A stretch of 64,000 bases of DNA. Origin: an uncultured Bacillota bacterium (GTDB lineage: Bacteria; Bacillota; DTU025; MWDF01). The stretch covers positions 160,001 to 224,000 of the forward strand of contig CAWGMK010000013.1 in the NCBI GenBank assembly GCA_963823655.1, in the 5' to 3' direction. The notes beneath the pieces were generated by a model. It was not told the origin of the DNA and did no database searches. It saw only the letters and a list, made by a program, of their open reading frames with translations. Position numbers and translations under genes: made by a program. Positions 38,801 through 46,071 of the stretch are shown here, one piece after another. The first letter of the stretch is position 1; each line of letters starts with the position of its first letter.

Positions 38801-41800
38801 GAGTCCCTCTTAGTGTGCTTTCGCAATATGGGCCTGTAATAGTGGACCTCAGAGGGCCAGAGCCTGTCTGGTTGGCCGATGTGGTCACTGCAAGGCCAAT
38901 ATACTCATGGGAATTCGATTGGGTGCCGTATGTTGAAGCTGATCCGGCCGTTAGCTATGACCTGATAATAGACAGGCTGGAGGCAGAGGACGGAACAATC
39001 GACGCAACAGTTAAGCTTCATCTTGTTGAAGAAATTACGGCCACGATAGATCCGACCGAGTATTTCGACTATATCTTCGGAACCTTCAAGTACTCGGTTA
39101 TCGGATATGACGCCTTGGGCAACGCGAGCGTACCCAGGGTTAAGGAGTTCACATTCCCAGCACCCGCGTTAACTGCAGCAATTAGCAGTTTCGACAGTAC
39201 TGCGGTGGCATGGAGTGCAGTAACCGAGGCCGTTAAGTACGATGTAGAGATAAGAAGCAACAACGGCTATCACATGTGGTATGGGCTTACCGCGACAAGC
39301 CAGGCGATAGACTGGGCCACGTTGTTCCCCGCAACCAACGTATACCAGGTATGGTCTGCAAGGGTAAGGGCATATGACGTTGATGGCAATGTGGGGACCT
39401 GGAGCGACTGGTATGAATTTAACTTCAGTCTGCCTCAGATAATGAATTATGATTTCAGCGTTTTGAAGCTCGACTTCACAGATGCACCAGCCATGGAACC
39501 TATGAACGACAGGCAGCTTCTGGTGAGGTTCCAAAAGATGGCAAGCGGGCCTGAAGGTTTTATAAACTGGGATCCTGATCTGGTAACCTTCAGCCTGGAA
39601 GTTGATTGTGTATCAATGACGCAGCCTCTCGGCGGGTGGTGGACCGCATGGCATAACGTTACCCTCGCCAACCTCAATGCCAACTGGACAAACGGGCACA
39701 TCGTACCTGTTGGAATTGAGGACGATGTTGTAGCCCATGCATTCAGCCTCAAGGTTCTTTACGATGATCAGCCGATGAGCGCTAGTTATACCGTTAAGGG
39801 CCCCTACTTCATAGATCTCAAGGGCCCCGGTGCTGCAGTCCTGGAAGAGGTGGAAACAAGCAGGCCTGATTACAACTGGCTGTTCGAATGGTCTGCACCG
39901 GAAGGGCCTATTGCCCCGCCTCCCGGACCGAATGGGATCAATAGTATCGGATCAGGCGCTATAGTCGCAGATGGCCCAGTAGCTCCATTCCTTTCTTTCG
40001 ATCCGGTAAAGTTCGACCTGGTCGTGAGAAGGCTTGAAGCATTGGACGGAACTGTAGATGCGGAGGTCTGGATCGAGATCCTCGCAGAAGAAGGACTTCC
40101 GCCCATGTTCTTCAACATGGATCCGGAATACTACTTCGACTACATATTCGGAAGCTTCGAGTACCAGGTGATATCCTATGACAACCTCGGCAATGCGAGC
40201 TATTCTGAATGGATGCCATTCACGTTCGCGGCGCCGGGCCTCACTACCGTAATAACATCATTTGACTCTGCCGCGGTGGCTTGGAGCTCTGCTTCCGAGG
40301 CTGTATCTTATGATGTGGAGATCAGAAGCGAGAACGGGCATCATACCTGGGAAGGCCAGACTGACCTGACAGAGGAAATTGACTGGGCGGCTCTCTTCCC
40401 GAACTGCAACGTGTATGTGACATGGCAGTCCAGGGTCAGAGCACACGACAGGGATGGGCATATTGGATTATGGAGCGAGTGGATAGACGTCAACTCACAG
40501 TTCATATTCCCGCTTCCAAAAATAAGCGAGTACCTATTTGATGTCCAGCACGTAAGCGGAACTGATGCTGCAGTTGGAGTTCCGATGAACGACAGGGAGC
40601 TTCTAGTACAATGGGATAGGTTCATTAATGCTCCGGAAGGATTTATAAACTGGGATCCAAACAAAGTAACATTCGATCTAGAGGTCGATAACGCGAGTAC
40701 CCAATGGTATTATGTGCTGGTCCAAAACCTGTGGCCTGTAGGGCATGTAGTGCCTGTGGGCGTGGATGGGACAGTGCAGGTCTATAAATTCTACCTAAGG
40801 CCGCTTTACGACGGCGTTCCTATGATGAGCGTATGGCAAGAGATGGGTTACTACATCATTGATTTGTTGGCACCCTTACAGGTGGACCTTAATGACGTAG
40901 TAACCGAAAGGCCCGACTATAGCTGGGCGTTCTCTTGGACGGCGGCCGTCGAAGATGATCCTGCAACAAGCTTCGACCTTATTATAGAAAGGCTTGAGGC
41001 GGCAGATGGAACGGTTGACGCAGCCGTTACATTCCACCAGACAGGACTAGCAAAGACGATTGATCCTGCGGATTACTTCGACTACATATTCGCAACCTTC
41101 AGGTACACCGTGATACCATACGATGCCCTAATGAACGCCGGTACTCCAGTTTCTAAGACGTTCGAATTCGCAGAGCCAGGGCTCGCAATGGGTGCGGTAA
41201 CACTAGTGGACACAGGCGCTTCATGGGGCAGCGTGGCTGAGGCCGTAAAGTACGACGTCCAGCTAAAGAGCGATAACGGAACCTACAGCTGGAACGATGT
41301 AACCGGCTTGAGCGTGGCCATAGACTGGGCGACGATGTTCCCCGGAGCCAATGTATACCAGACATGGCAGGCAAGGGTCAGGGCATACGATATGGACGGC
41401 AACTACGGCCTGTGGAGCGCATGGGCGAGTTACAGCAAGCCGTTCCCTGCAAATTCTGCAGTATCATTCAACGTGCTGCGCACAAGCGATGGCGCCGCTG
41501 CTCCCATCGGAGTTAACTTCAAAGAGGAAGCACTGCGGCTTACTTGGAGCCAGTACGCTATGCCTGCAGGGTTCATTAACTGGGATCCGGACCTCATTAC
41601 ATTCGAATTGGTTGCAACGGAATCAGTCGACGGATTGCCGGCGGTAATTACAGTTAAGCAGCTGATGGCAAACGTCGGAAGCCAGTCCGTTGAAATTGAG
41701 GTAGGAGTCCCGGGCGAGATTGCAACATACAAATTCAAGGTTAGGGCCTTCTACGACGGGGAACTCCTCAACGACGGCCTGGAAAGCTCCGCTTACTTGC

Positions 41801-44223
41801 TAGACCTAGAAGGTCCTTTCGCAGTTAGGCTGAATGCAGAAGTACTCGAAAGGCCGGTATACAGGTGGAGCTTCTCTTGGGCCAGGCCGGCTCAAACAGA
41901 TCCTGCAACCAGCTACGACCTAATAATCGACGAGCTGGAGTCAACAGGCACAGTAGTGGAAAGCTCACTGATATTCCACTTGGATGCCACCTCAAAGTCC
42001 ATATATCCTCAGGATCACTTCGACCAGATATTCGGATGGTTCAGATACACCGTGATACCATACGATGCTCTGGGCAACGCAGGCGATCCTGCAAGCATGA
42101 CGTTCCTATTCGAAAAACCTGCACTAACAATGGGTGCAGTTACCCTTAACGATACACGTATTGACTGGGACGATGTGATCGAAGCAGTTAAGTACGACGT
42201 AGAGCTAAAGAGCGACAACGGTACCTACAACTGGTATGGTGTAACCGCAACCGAAGTAATGATAAGCTGGGAGACGATGTTCCCGGGCGCAAACGTATAT
42301 CAGGTATGGCAGGCGAGGGTCAAGGCCTACGACAGGGACGGCAACTCGGGCCTGTGGAGCACATGGGCAAATTATGACAAGCTGTTCCCAGCAGTCAATC
42401 CGTTGACACCGAGCATATACCTGGGAAGCGATCCCGACACACATGCACCGTTAACTCCTATGAACGAGGACGAACTGTATGTGTGGTGGCCAATCATCGG
42501 CAAGCCGGCCGGGTTCTTGAACTGGGATCAGGATCTAATCAGCTACGAGCTCGTTGTGGGAGCAAGCAATGCGAACGGAGCAAGCTCGTTCAAGTACCAC
42601 ATCACCAACTATGAGCTCACCTCTGTGAGGGTTGATGTTGGGGTTCAGGGCTTGGTGACTTCATACAGCTTCCATTTGAACGTCTTCTACGACGGGGAGC
42701 TGTTACTAGCCGGGGACACATCCGCTGGTCCATACATAATCGATCTCAAGGCACCTGCAAATCCTAGCGCACTCAATGAAACAATAGCGGGCGTTAACTT
42801 GTGGAGATTCTGGTGGACAGCGCCTGCTGACTCTGATCTTGCAGGCTATATCTTCGAGCTGCAGAAGTACGATGCTCTAAACAACAAGTGGGCGCCGGCG
42901 TGCGCAAGCGATGAGATCGCTGCCGGCACCAATGAGACGTTCGTCGATCCTCTGATGCTCTATTGGAGCGTGTTCGGAAACTTCAGGTGGAGAGTCATGG
43001 CATATGACAACCTGGGTAACATGAGCGAAGGGGTTTGGGAATTCTTCGCATATACACTTGATGCAGCTCTTGCCCCAAGGACGGTTACTTACGAGCTGCT
43101 GGGCGAGCACAACACTCTCGACATGGGCATCGAATATGCAACGGCGGGTCAAGTAAGGTTCCATTGGAATACTCCTAGCGTTGCAATACCCGGTATCGAT
43201 ATGGGTATGGTGTTCTACAAGGTCGAACTCCTTGTAGGGACCGAAGACGACGGCATGGTGTGGGAGCCTGAGGTAACATACCTAATGCCATGGATACCGA
43301 GCGCAATGAAGGCGAAGTTCGATGTAGGCGAGAGCGGACTAACAAAGCACTACAAAGGACGAGTACAAGCGATATACCTGTCTGAATACAGCGCTTCTGT
43401 TCTGAGTGAAGAGTTTGCTATCGACTTGGAGAGGCCAGAGTTCATAGAAGGAGCCGAGGCGCCGAGTTACAGCAGCACAGACGAGGAGTATCCGAGCTGG
43501 CTGTTCACATGGGACATAGCGACGGATGAGGAAGTAGGCCTAGGAGGGTTCCTGTTCGTACTAGAAAGGCTGGAAGGCGATACGACTCACGCGATAGCGA
43601 TGATCGACCTGCCAGTAGAGTATGAAGAGCCCGAAGACGACAGCATAGGAGCCTACAGCTTCGGCTTCGAGGAAGGCAAGTACCTGTTGGAGATGGATCC
43701 GTTCGAGTACGTAGAGACGATCGACGGCATCTTCCGCTACACGGTAATACCTTACGACAGGCTGGAGAACCTCGGCGGCCCGATAGCAGGGGAGTTCACG
43801 TCGGTATGGTCCGGCGGGGGCAACTACGGCACATACCCGTTCATCAACCTGTATGACAACTGGATGGGTGAGAAGCAGCTAATCGGGACAGTGAACAACA
43901 ACACGTACGCGACGATAACCTTCGACATCTTCGGCCTGGAGGGCTACACGCTGGAGTTCAGGCTCAACGGGACACTGCTTGTAGAGGGCACAGACTTCAG
44001 GCTGATAGACTCGCCGTACGGAAGCGACCTGTACTACCTGGTACTGCTTGAAAGCGTACGCGACATGATACAAGCGGACGACATGGGCGAGCTTGAGATC
44101 TACGCATACGTAGAAGAGGACGACATAGTAGTGCAGTTCACGGTTGATGCGTTCAGTTACATCTACCTGAACCAGAGGACAGGGTTCGGCTTCGGCCGTT
44201 TCCGCCCTGCCCTTAATGACTAG
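35827..44223 (+). CDS. Giant secreted protein 2 (~2798 aa): 7 three-domain Fn3/Ig-like modules, same C-terminus as protein 1
   Basis: SD GGGAGGT, signal peptide ending IPASA, seven NVY..W...V(R/K)A motifs, uninterrupted ORF. Confidence 0.9.
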   Translation: MRRRNWRSMITAVAVIAIALFVAIPASAAVSNLSINTTNGSISWAPDAQNFDPLPLADPYGRYYILDYEWEFTQWGGLNLSGNTVGTLIGGDYYSSSYPGLISVDLPGTSGPLPYGIYHLRVRPDILRLLIPDHDWVEYTLLYTEDVSGPRMISVGMSGTSTGATINWTAEAGAERFEVALMGTNGLERKWINVTTTGISFVWSTAFPGQNVYTGWTAFVRAYNSDGVDGPWMQASPSFTLALPEVVPLDFTVSDVFGSALTTGTRTNIREVLVEWPQYTAPNITNFDPNLITFELIAQMSGDSAEKYEVTGINNGTTSINVPVGELGKVISYHFTVDVFYDGVKLSTVIAPDSFDLVIDLKGPAAVTLDTPLLYRPNYLWDFNWTRASETDPQYGADFKIESVEGTLDETVVGTWSRSYSNIASTFGVGVDPRVIFDKIFGRFRVTVTPFDLLGNRGTPVSQVFAFDAPTLSPTITSFNSIEVEWTSATEAVSYDVEIRSENGHYTWLAQTDLSESIDWEALFPGANVYKLWKAKVRAYDRDGNVGAWSAETTFDFQLPQMTTFAYDVLHIDGATANINAPMTDRELLVRWPMLANEPEFMGEVDFLNWDYNKVTFDLEVDIVSSESLANGSSWYYTLIQNQYAVGHIVPVGIEGEETSYSFWIRPLYDGVPLMYWVSEYPYIIDLKGPLAVSLSDVAPVRPPAGAYSWPFVWAAAEEEDSATRYDLIIERLEGTDGTVDASVTISGETQGVTVNPEAYFDYIFGRFRYTVIPYDLLGNAGIPVSKVFTFAAPTLSPTITSFDEVDVTWSEAVEAVSYDVEIRSENGHHLWEGQTDLVETIDWAVLFPDCNVYKTWQARVRAHDRDGNIGAWSDWVDDHSEFNFPLPVQPAMPLIVNTKYNGLAPTDGTAINDRYLLALWTGFTSISPLNFINWDLNKVTYQLDVIRVPGIPFIQVEMRDSDLSPDGYLLQVGEEGDDAMYYIRVQAMYEGVPLSVLSQYGPVIVDLRGPEPVWLADVVTARPIYSWEFDWVPYVEADPAVSYDLIIDRLEAEDGTIDATVKLHLVEEITATIDPTEYFDYIFGTFKYSVIGYDALGNASVPRVKEFTFPAPALTAAISSFDSTAVAWSAVTEAVKYDVEIRSNNGYHMWYGLTATSQAIDWATLFPATNVYQVWSARVRAYDVDGNVGTWSDWYEFNFSLPQIMNYDFSVLKLDFTDAPAMEPMNDRQLLVRFQKMASGPEGFINWDPDLVTFSLEVDCVSMTQPLGGWWTAWHNVTLANLNANWTNGHIVPVGIEDDVVAHAFSLKVLYDDQPMSASYTVKGPYFIDLKGPGAAVLEEVETSRPDYNWLFEWSAPEGPIAPPPGPNGINSIGSGAIVADGPVAPFLSFDPVKFDLVVRRLEALDGTVDAEVWIEILAEEGLPPMFFNMDPEYYFDYIFGSFEYQVISYDNLGNASYSEWMPFTFAAPGLTTVITSFDSAAVAWSSASEAVSYDVEIRSENGHHTWEGQTDLTEEIDWAALFPNCNVYVTWQSRVRAHDRDGHIGLWSEWIDVNSQFIFPLPKISEYLFDVQHVSGTDAAVGVPMNDRELLVQWDRFINAPEGFINWDPNKVTFDLEVDNASTQWYYVLVQNLWPVGHVVPVGVDGTVQVYKFYLRPLYDGVPMMSVWQEMGYYIIDLLAPLQVDLNDVVTERPDYSWAFSWTAAVEDDPATSFDLIIERLEAADGTVDAAVTFHQTGLAKTIDPADYFDYIFATFRYTVIPYDALMNAGTPVSKTFEFAEPGLAMGAVTLVDTGASWGSVAEAVKYDVQLKSDNGTYSWNDVTGLSVAIDWATMFPGANVYQTWQARVRAYDMDGNYGLWSAWASYSKPFPANSAVSFNVLRTSDGAAAPIGVNFKEEALRLTWSQYAMPAGFINWDPDLITFELVATESVDGLPAVITVKQLMANVGSQSVEIEVGVPGEIATYKFKVRAFYDGELLNDGLESSAYLLDLEGPFAVRLNAEVLERPVYRWSFSWARPAQTDPATSYDLIIDELESTGTVVESSLIFHLDATSKSIYPQDHFDQIFGWFRYTVIPYDALGNAGDPASMTFLFEKPALTMGAVTLNDTRIDWDDVIEAVKYDVELKSDNGTYNWYGVTATEVMISWETMFPGANVYQVWQARVKAYDRDGNSGLWSTWANYDKLFPAVNPLTPSIYLGSDPDTHAPLTPMNEDELYVWWPIIGKPAGFLNWDQDLISYELVVGASNANGASSFKYHITNYELTSVRVDVGVQGLVTSYSFHLNVFYDGELLLAGDTSAGPYIIDLKAPANPSALNETIAGVNLWRFWWTAPADSDLAGYIFELQKYDALNNKWAPACASDEIAAGTNETFVDPLMLYWSVFGNFRWRVMAYDNLGNMSEGVWEFFAYTLDAALAPRTVTYELLGEHNTLDMGIEYATAGQVRFHWNTPSVAIPGIDMGMVFYKVELLVGTEDDGMVWEPEVTYLMPWIPSAMKAKFDVGESGLTKHYKGRVQAIYLSEYSASVLSEEFAIDLERPEFIEGAEAPSYSSTDEEYPSWLFTWDIATDEEVGLGGFLFVLERLEGDTTHAIAMIDLPVEYEEPEDDSIGAYSFGFEEGKYLLEMDPFEYVETIDGIFRYTVIPYDRLENLGGPIAGEFTSVWSGGGNYGTYPFINLYDNWMGEKQLIGTVNNNTYATITFDIFGLEGYTLEFRLNGTLLVEGTDFRLIDSPYGSDLYYLVLLESVRDMIQADDMGELEIYAYVEEDDIVVQFTVDAFSYIYLNQRTGFGFGRFRPALND

Positions 44224-44872
44224 CCGAGCGGCGGAACGTAAAGGAGGTAAAGAAGAATGAAAAAGACTCTTAGGGTTCTTGCCGCAGTCCTGGCGTTGAT
44301 GATGCTAGTAGGAATGTCGGGCTGCATCAACGGCGAGTGGGATGAGGCAGAGGCAGACCAGTCAGCGCGCGAGCTGCTTGAGGCATTCGTGGGAGCGATC
44401 GAAGGGTTCGACGTCGACACGATAGACTTCATGCTGGCGGACGGGTTCCAGCTTGAGATCTACGAAGGGTTCGTACACACTCAGACAAAGAGCAGGGCGC
44501 AACTGATGGGCGAGCTGAATGCTGATGAGACCTACCAGCTGACGCTAAGAAGCGAGGGTTATGTGATGGATCTGGCAACCACGGAGCTGATATGCAACGT
44601 GGAGCCGGACGAATTGCTGACGATGCCCGAGTACGAACAGGACTTCGCGGTGGAAGAGCTGGCAGTGATGCTGGGCTTGGATCCGGTATGGGTATCCGAC
44701 ACAGGTAACATGAAGTTCACATTGGTGTGGGATGCGAGCGGCGAATACAAGATCTACCTGATGGAGATCTTCTTCGACGCAAATCCCGAGGAACTGGTAC
44801 CGGAAGACTAGATCAAGCAAGCTGACCGAATAAACGAAGCAGGGGCCGCTCCTTCAATGGGGCGGCCCTTGC
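43413..44872 (+). repeat. 1460-bp direct repeat, copy 2
   Basis: Near-identical to 33971-35430. Confidence 0.95.
44257..44811 (+). CDS. Acidic lipoprotein, probable NTF2/SnoaL-like fold (copy 2, identical protein)
   Basis: Same protein as 34815-35369, with one synonymous change. Confidence 0.85.
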   Translation: MKKTLRVLAAVLALMMLVGMSGCINGEWDEAEADQSARELLEAFVGAIEGFDVDTIDFMLADGFQLEIYEGFVHTQTKSRAQLMGELNADETYQLTLRSEGYVMDLATTELICNVEPDELLTMPEYEQDFAVEELAVMLGLDPVWVSDTGNMKFTLVWDASGEYKIYLMEIFFDANPEELVPED

Positions 44873-44876
44873 CTTA
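44838..44876 (+). terminator. Terminator of cassette 2, facing the convergent methylase gene
   Basis: Same hairpin as at 35396. Confidence 0.75.
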
Positions 44877-44910
44877 TATAGAATGCGTGAAATGGTGGGG
44901 CTAGTAGGGG

Positions 44911-45909
44911 CTAGTAATTCTTAAGGATCATGTAGTCGACAGCCCGGTCATTGCGTCCTCTTATTGAGTAAGAATACCTGGAGGACAGTGTGCGGTAGTC
45001 GAGGTTAAGTGGCCGGTAAAGGTCTTCGATGAAAGTAGTGCTCTCAACTATTAGAAGGAAATTCGAATCTAGCCCAGATAGGATGTCTCTGAGATCTGCT
45101 TGCTCCCGTCTTCCGAATTCATTACCTGAATAGCCGCTGAACTCGCTATCATAAGGCGGATCTAGGAATATGAAATCGTCCGCGGACGTCACAATGCTGC
45201 CAAGGAAATCCCTGAAATCCAAGCATGAGAGGCCTGCGTTTCTTAGAAACCCTTTTTGCCCGGCGATTCTTAAGTTGGCGGCCTTTGCCGCTAAATCCTT
45301 CCTGTCATAGGAGAAACCGCCATAGGGGATATTGAAGTGCTTTTTGGAGTTGTATCTGAACATTGAACCGAAACAAAGCTCCCTGATAATAAAAAACAAG
45401 CTGGCTTTGAAGGGATCATCGTTCCCGGTAATCCTTCCGGAATTGTATTCGTCCCTTGCTGCGTAATACAAGGCCGAATGCGCTGCCGTAGATGCTCTTC
45501 TCGAAGTTGCCATGGCTTTACTAATGTAGGAAGAAAGAATCTCAGGCTTGAATACCTGGCTGCCATTAGTTATATGGCCCTCCGAGATTAGCCGGCTTAT
45601 TGCTAGAGTTGAGATTTCGCAGGCGCCATCGGCAGCATTTGCCGCAGCAGCTTCTCCCAACAGGGTGAAGAGCCTGGAAAGGGACTCAACAAGGCCTAGG
45701 AATTCCTCATTTCCGTCTTTCACAAGGGAGTAGAAATTAACAAGCTCCTTGGAAAGGTCATTTACTTCAGAGGACTCGGGTTCGAGTGAGAAGAATAGGG
45801 CGCCGCCTCCCAGGAAAGGCTCGATATACCTGCCATGCTTTGGCACGAGGGGGGCAAGGTGCTTAATCAGCCTTCCTTTTCCGCCCGGCCATTTTATTAG
45901 CGGCTTCAA
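44911..45909 (-). CDS. Orphan Dam/D12-class N6-adenine DNA methyltransferase
   Basis: KPLIKWPGGKG, YIEPFLGGGALFF, FRYN...FNIPYG, FLDPPY; no adjacent restriction endonuclease. Confidence 0.9.
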   Translation of the reverse strand: MKPLIKWPGGKGRLIKHLAPLVPKHGRYIEPFLGGGALFFSLEPESSEVNDLSKELVNFYSLVKDGNEEFLGLVESLSRLFTLLGEAAAANAADGACEISTLAISRLISEGHITNGSQVFKPEILSSYISKAMATSRRASTAAHSALYYAARDEYNSGRITGNDDPFKASLFFIIRELCFGSMFRYNSKKHFNIPYGGFSYDRKDLAAKAANLRIAGQKGFLRNAGLSCLDFRDFLGSIVTSADDFIFLDPPYDSEFSGYSGNEFGRREQADLRDILSGLDSNFLLIVESTTFIEDLYRPLNLDYRTLSSRYSYSIRGRNDRAVDYMILKNY

Positions 45910-46071
45910 TGAATAGTCCTCCCCGGAAGTGATAAGATTATTATAGCTTATAAGTCCTTGTCAACCTTACTTATAGGTGTTGTTTGAATTCCACTCTGCT
46001 TAGTGTATAATTTATAAGGTTATTCAATACTTACGAGCATAAACAAATTAACATAGACGGGAGGGCATCTT

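Noticed and set aside
28074-44811. Polymorphic toxin-immunity pairs (Rhs/CDI-like)
   Set aside because: The polarity is reversed: the C-terminus and downstream gene are constant and the N-terminus varies. There are no YD/RHS or haemagglutinin repeats.
33971-44872. Diversity-generating retroelement TR/VR pair
   Set aside because: The differences are not adenine-specific, the repeat is 1.46 kb long, and there is no reverse transcriptase in the window.
33971-44872. Duplication as a pure assembly artefact
   Set aside because: Four substitutions (mostly synonymous), in-frame fusion to two different long ORFs and distinct flanks argue that it is real; read-level confirmation is still needed.
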